A stretch of DNA of 64,000 nucleotides. Source: Dehalococcoidia bacterium. Lineage in GTDB: Bacteria; Chloroflexota; Dehalococcoidia; Lucifugimonadales; UBA3495. Both the position numbers and the translations under genes were made by a program. The DNA lies in assembly GCA_965216025.1 (NCBI GenBank), contig CBDCEX010000018.1, forward strand, positions 7,808 through 71,807, given 5' to 3'. The notes below the pieces were generated by a model. That model was not told the DNA's origin and ran no database searches. It saw only the letters and a program-made list of their open reading frames with translations. Below are positions 54,776 through 64,000 of the stretch, one piece after another (position 1 is the stretch's first letter; every line of letters starts with the position of its first letter).

Positions 54776-55831
54776 ATGTTTGAGACTATGTATCATAATG
54801 GCCAGGTAATGATACCCCAGGCGAGCAAGCACGGTATGCCTGGCATTTCGTCCAGCAGCGATTTTGAAACCCAGTTTGCGACTAGGGACTGGACCGGGGG
54901 CTGGAGGATTGGGGGATTCTTGGCGGCTCTGCTGACGGGAATCCTGCTACTGACGGCTTGTGGCGTGGCCGCCAGCGGCGCAGGGAAGGACTCCGATACC
55001 AGTGAGCAGCCTTCTGGATCAAGGGGAGGGAAAATCAGTGGGGGAAAAATCAATGTGGTGGCCACCAATTCTCTACTGGCGGATCTGGCCGGGCAGGTAG
55101 GGGGTAACCTGGTGGAAGTGACCACATTGGTTCCTCCTGGGATCGATGTGCACGCTTTCCAGCTTAAGCCGTCGAATAACCTGGCTATAGGACGGGCGGA
55201 TTTGCTTGTTTCCAACGGCGCTGGTCTGGACGACTTTCTGAACCCAGTCTTGCGGAATTCTTCACGGCCGGCAGCGAAATGGATTATCGTCGCCGATGGG
55301 TTGGAACCTAGCGCGCCATTGGACAATGGGGACCCCCATTTTTGGCTGGACCCCGGCTTGGCCATCGACTACGTAAATCAGATTCGGGATGGCCTGGCGG
55401 AGGTTGACCCGAAGCATGAGTTCGACTATACGGCCAGTGCCGAAACATATGTCGGCCAGATCTCTGCCCTGGACCAAGAAATAGAGGAACTCCTGGGTCG
55501 GGTAGCGAACGAGCGCCGTCATCTGGTCACCTATCACGATGCCTTTGGCCACCTGGCCCGCCGTTACAACTGGGAAGCAACCGCCCTGGCACCTCATGAC
55601 GGTATGGAGGTGGCTCCCGGAACCCTGGCCAAGCTGGTGATGCGAATAAGGCGGGACGGCCTGCCAGCGGTATTTGTGGAGCCCCAGTTCCGGCAGGGAA
55701 TGCTGACGCGGACGGCCCAGGAAGTTGGCATTCGGGTGGGAGTGATTTATTCCTTGCCCGGTCCGGGGGCGCTTACTTACCTGGACATGATGAGGTACAA
55801 CGCCGAGAGCATGGTGCGGGAGTTGAGGTAG
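54776..55831 (+). CDS. ZnuA/TroA-family substrate-binding lipoprotein lacking the His-rich loop
   Basis: Lipobox LLLTAC, plus DVHAFQ, DPHFW and HDAFGHLARRY motifs. No ABC ATPase or permease genes are adjacent. Confidence 0.8.
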   Translation: MFETMYHNGQVMIPQASKHGMPGISSSSDFETQFATRDWTGGWRIGGFLAALLTGILLLTACGVAASGAGKDSDTSEQPSGSRGGKISGGKINVVATNSLLADLAGQVGGNLVEVTTLVPPGIDVHAFQLKPSNNLAIGRADLLVSNGAGLDDFLNPVLRNSSRPAAKWIIVADGLEPSAPLDNGDPHFWLDPGLAIDYVNQIRDGLAEVDPKHEFDYTASAETYVGQISALDQEIEELLGRVANERRHLVTYHDAFGHLARRYNWEATALAPHDGMEVAPGTLAKLVMRIRRDGLPAVFVEPQFRQGMLTRTAQEVGIRVGVIYSLPGPGALTYLDMMRYNAESMVRELR

Positions 55832-55893
55832 GGCTGAAGCGATGGTGGAGATTTTTACCATGCCGCTTGGTGGGAGACTCCTGCCCGGTTTCT

Positions 55894-56460
55894 CTAGTTC
55901 CCCAGCAGATTCCGGATCTCGGAGCCCACATTCCCGATGGTCTCCTTGACCTCCCCGGTCTTGGCCTCAGCCTCGTTCAGCTTGTCCAGGCTCAGCCCGT
56001 TGACCGCCATCTCGCTGATGATGGGGTTCGATTCCTGGACCACCGGTGTCGTTCTGCCGAAAATGTCCCGGCCGGTGGTGCTCATGTTCACCCGGAAGGG
56101 CGCTTCGATCCGAAGCTCGAGCGGATGGTTCAGGGAGAAGGACAGGTTGCACCGTGCGTCCACGGCGGTTCCGGTATCGGCGGTGGCCTGGCAGTTGTAC
56201 GGGATGACCTGCTCCGCGATGGACTCAGCCACCTCCACGATGTTCTCCGTCCTTGGGGGGTTGTCCGTGAAGGCCGCGTGGGCCACGGCTTCGGCCACCG
56301 CGTCGTAGTGGTCCTCGATGTACCGTTCCGCGGCTTCGGCCGGGATGGGGGGCGTGGTCAGGACGTAGGCCAGCGCCACGATGACCGCTGTCGCTGCACA
56401 GCCGCCGGCGACCCAGAAGAGGACTGGCCTCTCGCCATTACCTTTCGTTGCTTGTCCCAC
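55894..56460 (-). CDS. membrane-anchored hypothetical protein
   Basis: GTG at 56460 is preceded by GGAGGA. One N-terminal TM segment (PVLFWVAGGCAATAVIVALAYVL) precedes a soluble domain. The longer ORF to 56937 has non-coding-like composition. Confidence 0.5.
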   Translation of the reverse strand: MGQATKGNGERPVLFWVAGGCAATAVIVALAYVLTTPPIPAEAAERYIEDHYDAVAEAVAHAAFTDNPPRTENIVEVAESIAEQVIPYNCQATADTGTAVDARCNLSFSLNHPLELRIEAPFRVNMSTTGRDIFGRTTPVVQESNPIISEMAVNGLSLDKLNEAEAKTGEVKETIGNVGSEIRNLLGN

Positions 56461-56984
56461 CTGGGTTCCTCCATTTCCCGGGTTCTTCCCATTTGCCGGC
56501 TGGGTTTGCGCTGCTGCATCCGGGTCACACCAGAGAGGATCCGCGATTGGTCGCCTTAACCCGGCACGGTTTTCAACCCCGACATTGCCTGGGTACGGAC
56601 TCCCACCTACCCACCCGGCCCGGAAACCGTAATCTCCAGCCGGTTGGACAGGGGTCTGCGGTCCCCGGTGCAGATGGCCCCAACGCCGGTGCAGTCCAAG
56701 TGGGCCACGACGCACCCGGTGTTGCTTGCCAGTTCCCACAACAGGGGAAGCTATTCCGCCGTCTGGACGGGTAGCGCTAAAGGAATAACCCAGTTCGAAC
56801 ATATCAGAAGGCAGGCTGCGGTGGAAAGGAAGGCGAGTTGGCCTGGGGCTGTGCCAACTCAACCCACCCACATGAGTGGAGGCGGAACACGCCTTTCTTG
56901 CGGTTTCCCGGTGCATAGGGCGGCTGTCGAATTGCACCGACGGTCGCCCCAGCGCACTATCTGGGTTTGACTTCCCGAACCGTT

Positions 56985-59900
56985 CTATTCGCTCGGCCCG
57001 CTGATGGTCAGTTCAACCCGGCTGGACAGTTTCCGTCCGTCACTTGTGCAGATGGCGCCCTGTGCGGTGCAGTCCGTGGTGATGGGCAACACGATGGTCA
57101 CGTCGGCGTTCGAGGAAGGCTGGACGGTGATCTCCCACTTGACGTTCTTGCCCGGCTCCAGCCGGCGTGCCTTGCTCACCGAGGCCCCGGTCACCGTGAA
57201 GGCATGTTCCTGGAGGGTGGTGTAGCTGAGGTCCTCGATGTTCTCGCTGAACCGCAGCTCGAAGGTGAATGCGGCGCTGCCGTCGTGGGACGAGGGCTTG
57301 TCGTGGACCGTGGCCGTCAGCGGCGTGGGGTTCACCGGCGTGGCCGCCGCTTCCGGTGAAGCCTCTCCCGCCCCCTCTGAGTTGACCGCCCGCACCTGTA
57401 CGTCATACTCAGTCCCGTCGGTCAGCCCGGTGATGGTGTGAGCCGTTCCGGTCACCGTCGTCTCCGACACGTCGGCCGGGGTGTCCCAACTGCCCGAGGA
57501 CTCCTTCCACTGCACCCGGTAGCCGGTGATCTCCGACCCGCCGTCGCTGCTGGGCGCGTCCCAGGAGACGGCCAGTTCCCCGCTGTTGCCGGTCGCGGCC
57601 CTCAGGTTCCGCGGGGCGCCCGGTACCTGGGTCTCTGTTTCCGGGGCCGTGACGGCGGCTGTAGCGGCGCTGGTCAGCGCTTCGTCATTGCCGGCGTCGT
57701 CCGTGAAGCTGACCCACACATTGATGGTCTTCCCCACATCGCCGTCGGACACGCTATAGGTGTTGCCCGTGGCGCCGCTGATGTCAGCGTCGTCGGCCAG
57801 CCACTGGTAGGAGAAGGATGCGCTGGCCAGGCCGTCGGTGTCGGAAATGTCCGTGGTCGACGCCGTTAGCGTCTCCCCCACCTGTGCCGTCCCGCTGATG
57901 GTCGGCGCGCCGGTGGCCGGGGTGTTGGGATGGGGAGCCACCGCGCCCGTCACCGCGCTGGTCAGCGACTCTTCGTTGCCCGCGTCATCGGTGAAGCTCA
58001 CCCGGACCTTGACTGCTTTGCCCTCGTCGTCTTCGGCCAGGATGTAGGTGTTGGCGGTTGCTCCGTTGATCTCAGCGTCTCCGGCGAGCCACTGGTAGGC
58101 GAAGGTCACGTCGTCAAGGCCGTCGTCGTCGGATATGCCGGTCGTCGAGGCGGTGAGGGTCTCCCCCACCTGGGCGGCGCCGGTGATGGTCGGCGCGCTG
58201 GTGGCCGGGGTGTTGGGAGGAGGAGCCGCCGCCGCCGTGGGATCGCTGGTCAGCGACTCCTCATGGCCCTCGTCGTCGGTGAAGGTAACCCGCACCCTGA
58301 TGGTCCTGCCCTCGTCGTCGGAGATCAGGGTGAAGGTCGAGCTGTTGGCCCCGGCGATAACCGCTCCGTCGGCCAGCCACTGGTACGAGAAGACGGCGCC
58401 TGTCCGGCCGTCGCCGTCCTGGATGCCGGACGTGGATGCCGTCAGGGTCTCTCCCACCTGTGCCGTGCCTGAGATCGTAGGAGCCCCCGTGGCCGGGCTG
58501 TTGGGCCTTGCCACCACCACCGCCGTTGCCGCGCTGGTCAGTGTCTTCCGGTGGCCCGCGTCGTCCTCAAAGGACACCCCCACCTTGACGGTCTTGTCCA
58601 CGTCGCCATCGGCCAGGGTGTAGCTGGAGCCGGTGGCCCCGGATATGTCCGTATCGGCGCCTCCGTCGCTGTGTATCCATTGGTAGCTGAACGTCGCGTT
58701 GGTCAGCCCGTCGGCGTCGGCGATGCCCGACGTGTCCGCCGTCAGGGTCTCTCCCACCTGCGCCGTGCCGCTGATGGTGGGCATGCCGGTGGCCGGTGAG
58801 TTCGCTGGGGTCTGCTGGGCTTCCCCTGGGCCGGCAACCGTCACCTCCAGCCGGTTGGAAAGGGGCCTGCGGTCCTGGGTGCAGATTGCCCCCTGGGCGG
58901 AGCAGTCCGTGGTCACGGGCAGCACGATGGTCACGGCGCCGTCCCCGTCCGGTCGTACGTGGATCTCCCACATGACGTTCTTGCCCTTCTCCAGCCGCCG
59001 TGCGTTGGTCACATCGCCCCCCGTCACCGTGAAGGCATGGTCCCGCAGGGTCTTGTAGCTCAGCAGGAACTCCTCGCTGAACTCCAGTTCGAAGGTGACA
59101 TGATCGTCGTGAGAGGTCGGCACACCGCTGGCGCTGGCGGTCAGGCGGTCAGCCGCCTGGGTGTTGTTGCTCACGTCCTGCCCGCTGAAGGATGCTGCGG
59201 CATTGCCCGCCAGGTCCTGCAGCCTGGCTGCGGACTGGTCGGTGGGAGCCGTGTAGTCCACCGTCACCGCGTCGCCCGCGAACACCGCCGTCACCAGGGT
59301 GATGGTCACGATGCTGCCCGACACCGAAACGGTATCCACCCCGCGATTATTGCCTGCCACCATCACCGCGAAGGCGGTCTTGTCCGGTCCTCCGTTGGTG
59401 TCCAGAGCCTCGTCGAAGGTCACGGTCAGCGTGGCCCCATCCACCACGGCCGACGACAGCGAGGGCGGGACCGTCTCCTGGGGCGTCTCGGTGACCTCCC
59501 CTGACGGGGCGCTGCGGCCGTCATCCTTGCGTGCGATAACCTGGACGGCGTACTCCACTCCGTCGGTCAGCCCCGTGATGATGTGAGATGTCCCCTTCGC
59601 ATTGGCCTCGGACACCTCGGCTGGCTCCGCCCAATCGTCCCCGGATCGCTTCCACTGGAGGGTGTAGCCGGTGGGGTCGTCGCCGGACTCCGGGGCGTTC
59701 CAGGACGCCCTGAGCTTGCCGCTCTCGTGCCAGACCACCTGCAGGCTGTCCGGGGAGCCGGGAGCTTGTACCGGCTCCGATCTGGCGGTTCCCGACGAGG
59801 CGGTATTGTTGGTGACTTCCCGCCCGCTGAAGGACACCGCCTTCCGGCCGTCGGAGTCCTGGATGGCGTCAGTCCCGTCGGGCGCGGTGTAGTCCACTGT

Positions 59901-62900
59901 CACCGTGTCTCCCGCTTCCACAGCCTGGGACAGCAACAGGAGGACATTGGATTCGCCGAACCCCACGCCGGTAACCGAACGTGGAGATCCGTTCACGTTC
60001 ACGGCGAAGGCAGTTGACGGCGGAAAGACGGAATTGTCTAGGGGCACGTTATAGGTCAGGGTCAGGGTGGCGCCGTTCACTGTGGCCGACTGAAGCTGCA
60101 GGCCCGCCGCCGTCACCACGGTGGGCGCGCTGGTCAGCGTCTCCTCGTTGCCCACGTCGTCGGTGAAGGAAACCCTCACACTGATGGCCTTGCCCACGTC
60201 TCCGGACACTACGTTAAAGGTCGCGCCGGTGGCGCCGGCGATATCCGCGTCATCTGCCAGCCACTGGTATTGGAAGACAACCTCTTCGAGGCCGTCGACG
60301 TCCACAATGGCCGTGGTGTCTACAGACAGCGTCTGACCCACCTCCGGAGTTCCGTCGATCCGCGGCTCGCCTTCGGCTGGGGTGTTTGAGAGGGCGAGCT
60401 GGCCGGAGGCAGGCTTCGTATAGGTAACTTCATTGGATGGTTCACTGTCGCCGACGCTGTCGGTCGCTATGACCCGGATGTTGTACTCGACCCCGGGGGT
60501 CAGCCCGTCCAGATAGTGGGACACGGGGCGTTGGGAGCTGGGGCCCCGGGTGGTCTCCGAAACGTCGGCGGACGTGTCCCAGCTGCCGGAGGACTGCTTC
60601 CACTGGATCTTGTAGCTGTCCACCGGCGGCACTCTGTCGTGCCTGGTCTGGGGTGTGAGCCATCGCAGCCACGTTTGGGTCGTGTTAACCTCGCCCTGGA
60701 CACTCAGGTACAGGGGCGGATTCAGCGGCTGCGGCGTCCGCTCCGACCTTGGGTCCTCCACCAGCCTGAGTTTGTAGAGTTGGTCCGTCTTCCAAGCGCG
60801 GCGCAGACCGTCGATGTCCCCGCCCGACCACCGCCACCAGGCTCCGGCCAATTTCCTGGCTTCGCTGAAGCGAAGCGTCGCGGTCAGCGTTTCGCCGTCG
60901 CTGACGGTGCCGACGTGCAGCGTCCAGTCCAGCCAGTCATTGTCCGGCGGATCGAACACCTGGTCGCTCGTGCCGCTCAGGTTGAAAAAATCAATCAGGA
61001 ATTCCGTCCGTTCGGGTATGCCGAAGGGCGGTACGACCTGGTTGTCGTCGCCGGAATCGTGACCGTTCTGGTGCATTTCAGTGGACCACAACTGGTAGTC
61101 CGCGCCGTTGTGGCTGAACTCCCTGTTGTCGACGTCAGTGGCTTGCAGATCGTACCTGCCCTCCCAATGCACCGTGGCGCCAAACGCCATGGTGGCGCAC
61201 CAGATGTCGACGTCCGCGCAGTCGTCGGAAATGCTGATTGTCGTCTGGCCCGTCGCCCCCGCGGTCACCCGAGTCGGCAGCGTCCCAAAGGTGAGCAGCA
61301 CTTTCTCCCCGTCCTCATCCTGCGTGTCATCCGTTGCGGAGAACGTGAACGACTTCGACTTTTGACCTGAGTTGAACGTCACGTCGTCGGGTACGCCGGA
61401 GTAGTCGTCCTCGGACACCCCGCCCTGGGGCGTCGCAGTAATGAGAATGACCACCTGGCGCTCCGGGTCCGCGCTCAGGGTGACCGTCACCTCCTGCGTC
61501 CCGCCTTCAGGAACGATGTAGGTCCCGGAAGCGAAAGAGACCTCCACCTCCGGGTCGTCGTCGTCGGTGATGCTGACGGTGGTCACGTCCATCGTTCCGA
61601 CGCTCACCTTGGACGGCAGGTTCGGGCCGAAGGTGAGCCTCACGCTCTCATCGTCGTCGTCCACGGTGTCCTGCGTCGCCATGAAGTCGAACGGCTTTGA
61701 CGTCTCACCGGAGCTGAAGGTCACGCTGGGGGGTATGGTATAGTCGCCGGACTGCGCCCCGTTCTGGCCGGTGGCCATGAGCGGGATGACGGTGGTTCGA
61801 AAGGGGTCCTCGCTAAGGACAACGGTGACCGTCTGGGTGCCGCCCTCCGCGACGGTGTATGGACCGCCTTCAAATTGGATCGTCACCTCCGGGTAGTCGG
61901 TGGTGGCGTTCGCGGTGTCGGAAGGTTCGGACGTGCCCTCGCCGTTGATGGCGGAGACCCGGTAGTAGCGGGTGGTATTGGGCATGAGGCCGGTGTGGGA
62001 GTGGGTGGTGTCGGTAGAGCTGGTATCCGCGTCGAGGTCGGCCCAGCCGGCGCTCCCGTCGGCGGAGGACTCGATCCGGTAGCCGGTGATGGCGGAGCCG
62101 CCGTCGTCGGTGTGGGCGGTCCAGGACAGGTCGATGCGGTCGAGGCCCACCGCGATGGCGGTGAGTTCGGTGGGCGCGAGGGAGGGGCCCACCTTCGCGA
62201 TTCCCCGGACGATGATCTGCAGCGCCTTGCCGTCCGAGTCCGCCTGCCAGCTGCCCCCGTTCTCGTAGTGGAAGGCGTCGGCGATGCTCCAGCCGTCCAG
62301 GCTTTCATCGTCCTCGCTGTCACTGGCGGTGGTATACAGGGTCAGGTCGGTGCCGGATGTGGCGTGCTGGACCACTAGGGCGTAGGTGGTGCCGGGGTCC
62401 AGGGTGGAGCCGGCCGGAGCGTTGAAGGCCTGGGTGTCGTTGGTGTAGGAATCTGGATTCGATAACGCAAAGAGCAGCGTATCGGGATGACCGTTCGTGT
62501 CGACGGAGTAAACCGAGACCTCAATGTGAATGGTTTCCAGATAATGTTTTCCAACCGCCACGCCCGAGAACTCGTAACCGTGCCGATTCGACCCAGTGGT
62601 GAACGCCTGCGACCTCCTGTCGGACCGCCGGTCATCGGTGTCTCTGGTTTGGTCTTCGTTGGTTGCGAGGGGCGGATGCACGACCATGAACACCGACGTT
62701 AAACTGAAAATAGGTTTCCTTGCGGTGTTGGCGGCAGTGGACCCGCTGTGGATGGGGCCTTCGCCGGCGGTGGTGGAGCCGGGAGCGCCGTAGCCCGCCG
62801 GGCTCTGGCCAAGAGCCCTGGAGGTCCCGCCATCCATGAGCTCCGTACCGTCTGCCGCGCTGCCGGTCCACACCCCGTTGGGCAACGGGACGAGTTCCCC

Positions 62901-64000
62901 GCTCGCATTCCTTGCGGACTCGTCGTCCCAGTCACCGTCGTAGAAGTCCTCGTAATCATCCGCGGCCTTGGCCCCTCCAACCCAGTGGATGGGCACTCCC
63001 TTGTCTTCGTTGGTGTATGTGGTGTTCGTGATGACTCGGGCGTCGATATGACGAGTGCTTACGAGAGGAAGGAAGAATTTCCAGTATTTTTGTAAGTCAT
63101 GGTTTGGATGCAAGGCAAGCGCTGGGACCAAAGCTTCGTCGGCGTAGTTCCCCATCTTAGTATCTCGCGCCTGGAGGGGTCGGGTCACGAGTAGGAGACG
63201 GAATCTGTCACCTGGTACGACCCCGTCGGGGATGATAGGATCGGAGGCCTCGACCTCTAAATCCAGGGTGTTGGTGGAGGTAAAGGACTCCGCAGACCAG
63301 GGGCTGCTGCCCTCGTCATTCTTGGCGCGGACTCGAACATGGTAGCTATCTCCATGCTCCAGGCCACTGATAATGGCTGATGTCACGGCGACGTTCTGCG
63401 GTCCGTCCTGCCAGATGCCGTCAAAACCCAGCTCGGTGTTGTACTGGATGTCGTAGCCGGTGATTTCCGGGCGGCCGGCATTGTCGGGGGGCGTCCAGCG
63501 GACGAAGATCTGGTCGTAGGTCCGTGGCACGGGGTACCCAACCACCTCCAGGGGCGCCCGCCGCGGCGGCTCGTCCACGTCGTTGACGTTGATGGTGACC
63601 GTGGCGTCGTCCGTGCCGCAACTGGAGTGGTAGGCCGTAACCGTGACGGTGTAGCTTGACCTGGCCTCGTGGTCGTAGGTGACGCCGGACCTGGTCCTGA
63701 TCTGGCCGGTGGAGGAGTCGATCCCGAAGGAGTCGGCGTCAGTGCCCCCGAGCCTGTGGATGAGTGTGCAGGTTCCGGTGTAGGTGGCGGTGACGGGGGC
63801 GCCGACGTTCCGGTTCGCGCCGGTGTTCTCGTTGATCTCCCGGGTGACCGAGTCGGGGTCGAAGGTCACATTGTCGTTGATGAAGGTCTTATTGACCGTG
63901 CCGCTGATGGCGATGGCAATCGCTCTGTCATAGCCCCGGTCTCGCCAGACGTTCGAGTCTTTGAACTGGGATTTGTTTCGAATTTCCCAGTCCGGAAGGG
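56985..64000 (-). CDS. giant repetitive surface protein (cadherin, FN3, Calx-beta and Ig-like repeats), 5' end outside the window
   Basis: The frame stays open to 64000. It has a cadherin-like unit (...VTVTAYHSSCGTDDATVTINVNDVDEPP), several FN3 units (ITGYRVQWK...), two Calx-beta-like units (GDYTIPPSVTFSSGETSKPFDFMATQDTVDDDDESVRLTFG), and tandem ~95-aa repeats. Confidence 0.85.
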   Translation of the reverse strand, partial: LPDWEIRNKSQFKDSNVWRDRGYDRAIAIAISGTVNKTFINDNVTFDPDSVTREINENTGANRNVGAPVTATYTGTCTLIHRLGGTDADSFGIDSSTGQIRTRSGVTYDHEARSSYTVTVTAYHSSCGTDDATVTINVNDVDEPPRRAPLEVVGYPVPRTYDQIFVRWTPPDNAGRPEITGYDIQYNTELGFDGIWQDGPQNVAVTSAIISGLEHGDSYHVRVRAKNDEGSSPWSAESFTSTNTLDLEVEASDPIIPDGVVPGDRFRLLLVTRPLQARDTKMGNYADEALVPALALHPNHDLQKYWKFFLPLVSTRHIDARVITNTTYTNEDKGVPIHWVGGAKAADDYEDFYDGDWDDESARNASGELVPLPNGVWTGSAADGTELMDGGTSRALGQSPAGYGAPGSTTAGEGPIHSGSTAANTARKPIFSLTSVFMVVHPPLATNEDQTRDTDDRRSDRRSQAFTTGSNRHGYEFSGVAVGKHYLETIHIEVSVYSVDTNGHPDTLLFALSNPDSYTNDTQAFNAPAGSTLDPGTTYALVVQHATSGTDLTLYTTASDSEDDESLDGWSIADAFHYENGGSWQADSDGKALQIIVRGIAKVGPSLAPTELTAIAVGLDRIDLSWTAHTDDGGSAITGYRIESSADGSAGWADLDADTSSTDTTHSHTGLMPNTTRYYRVSAINGEGTSEPSDTANATTDYPEVTIQFEGGPYTVAEGGTQTVTVVLSEDPFRTTVIPLMATGQNGAQSGDYTIPPSVTFSSGETSKPFDFMATQDTVDDDDESVRLTFGPNLPSKVSVGTMDVTTVSITDDDDPEVEVSFASGTYIVPEGGTQEVTVTLSADPERQVVILITATPQGGVSEDDYSGVPDDVTFNSGQKSKSFTFSATDDTQDEDGEKVLLTFGTLPTRVTAGATGQTTISISDDCADVDIWCATMAFGATVHWEGRYDLQATDVDNREFSHNGADYQLWSTEMHQNGHDSGDDNQVVPPFGIPERTEFLIDFFNLSGTSDQVFDPPDNDWLDWTLHVGTVSDGETLTATLRFSEARKLAGAWWRWSGGDIDGLRRAWKTDQLYKLRLVEDPRSERTPQPLNPPLYLSVQGEVNTTQTWLRWLTPQTRHDRVPPVDSYKIQWKQSSGSWDTSADVSETTRGPSSQRPVSHYLDGLTPGVEYNIRVIATDSVGDSEPSNEVTYTKPASGQLALSNTPAEGEPRIDGTPEVGQTLSVDTTAIVDVDGLEEVVFQYQWLADDADIAGATGATFNVVSGDVGKAISVRVSFTDDVGNEETLTSAPTVVTAAGLQLQSATVNGATLTLTYNVPLDNSVFPPSTAFAVNVNGSPRSVTGVGFGESNVLLLLSQAVEAGDTVTVDYTAPDGTDAIQDSDGRKAVSFSGREVTNNTASSGTARSEPVQAPGSPDSLQVVWHESGKLRASWNAPESGDDPTGYTLQWKRSGDDWAEPAEVSEANAKGTSHIITGLTDGVEYAVQVIARKDDGRSAPSGEVTETPQETVPPSLSSAVVDGATLTVTFDEALDTNGGPDKTAFAVMVAGNNRGVDTVSVSGSIVTITLVTAVFAGDAVTVDYTAPTDQSAARLQDLAGNAAASFSGQDVSNNTQAADRLTASASGVPTSHDDHVTFELEFSEEFLLSYKTLRDHAFTVTGGDVTNARRLEKGKNVMWEIHVRPDGDGAVTIVLPVTTDCSAQGAICTQDRRPLSNRLEVTVAGPGEAQQTPANSPATGMPTISGTAQVGETLTADTSGIADADGLTNATFSYQWIHSDGGADTDISGATGSSYTLADGDVDKTVKVGVSFEDDAGHRKTLTSAATAVVVARPNSPATGAPTISGTAQVGETLTASTSGIQDGDGRTGAVFSYQWLADGAVIAGANSSTFTLISDDEGRTIRVRVTFTDDEGHEESLTSDPTAAAAPPPNTPATSAPTITGAAQVGETLTASTTGISDDDGLDDVTFAYQWLAGDAEINGATANTYILAEDDEGKAVKVRVSFTDDAGNEESLTSAVTGAVAPHPNTPATGAPTISGTAQVGETLTASTTDISDTDGLASASFSYQWLADDADISGATGNTYSVSDGDVGKTINVWVSFTDDAGNDEALTSAATAAVTAPETETQVPGAPRNLRAATGNSGELAVSWDAPSSDGGSEITGYRVQWKESSGSWDTPADVSETTVTGTAHTITGLTDGTEYDVQVRAVNSEGAGEASPEAAATPVNPTPLTATVHDKPSSHDGSAAFTFELRFSENIEDLSYTTLQEHAFTVTGASVSKARRLEPGKNVKWEITVQPSSNADVTIVLPITTDCTAQGAICTSDGRKLSSRVELTISGPSE
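57648..58812 (-). repeat. four tandem ~95-aa coding repeats inside the surface protein gene
   Basis: The unit NSPATGAPTISGTAQVGETLTASTSGI.D.DGL....FSYQWLAD...G......V.VSFTDDAGNEESLTSA occurs 4 times in tandem. A fifth, diverged copy lies further upstream in the gene. Coordinates are approximate. Confidence 0.6.

Noticed and set aside
55894-56937. Full 347-aa ORF upstream of the surface protein gene
   Set aside because: The first ~158 residues are Arg/Pro/Gly-rich with non-coding character. A GTG at 56460 with a GGAGGA RBS, giving a TM-anchored 188-aa protein, is more plausible.
1-64000. Scan for tRNA, rRNA, tmRNA, riboswitch or CRISPR signatures
   Set aside because: No T-loop/acceptor-like GGTTCRANYC...CCA contexts, rRNA-like conserved blocks or repeat-spacer arrays were recognised by eye. 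This is a weak negative and should be confirmed with tRNAscan-SE, Infernal/Rfam and a CRISPR finder.

Overview
High-GC bacterial window. A few housekeeping-type loci sit inside a very IS-dense accessory mosaic. The housekeeping loci are a zur-znuACB operon (0.3-3.6 kb), a Kef-type antiporter and a CBS-domain gene (46-48.5 kb), a second zur-znuA pair (54.3-55.8 kb), and a giant cadherin/FN3/Calx-beta surface protein (57-64 kb, runs off the window). By eye I recognise transposases or remnants of about ten IS families: ISAs1, IS630, IS21 (three separate remnants), IS1380, IS5, ISAzo13, IS1182 (two copies), IS200/IS605 TnpB, IS701, and an IS3-type OrfA remnant. There are also at least three MITE families whose terminal repeats match resident IS elements. 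Many host genes are broken by these insertions, and several can be re-joined in frame on paper. Between the IS elements lie defence or conflict genes, in visibly lower-GC patches. These include a Hanks kinase with an Xis-like HTH, HigBA, a GmrSD-type DUF262/DUF1524 enzyme, and VapBC. The strongest novelty candidates are two. One is a 1464-aa STAND NTPase with a Cap4/PD-(D/E)xK-like N-terminal nuclease, translationally coupled to an unknown 486-aa protein. The other is a ThsB-type TIR gene with no canonical ThsA, followed by a Cap12/PycTIR-like TIR protein and a small 3-TM protein. A third TIR/NDT-fold gene nearby is split by an IS5. Plasmid-type modules are also present: parA plus an RHH gene with palindromes, and a nine-iteron array, an AT-rich tract and a RepA-type initiator. 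No rRNA, tRNA or CRISPR array was recognised. All domain calls are by-eye motif recognition, and no searches were run.
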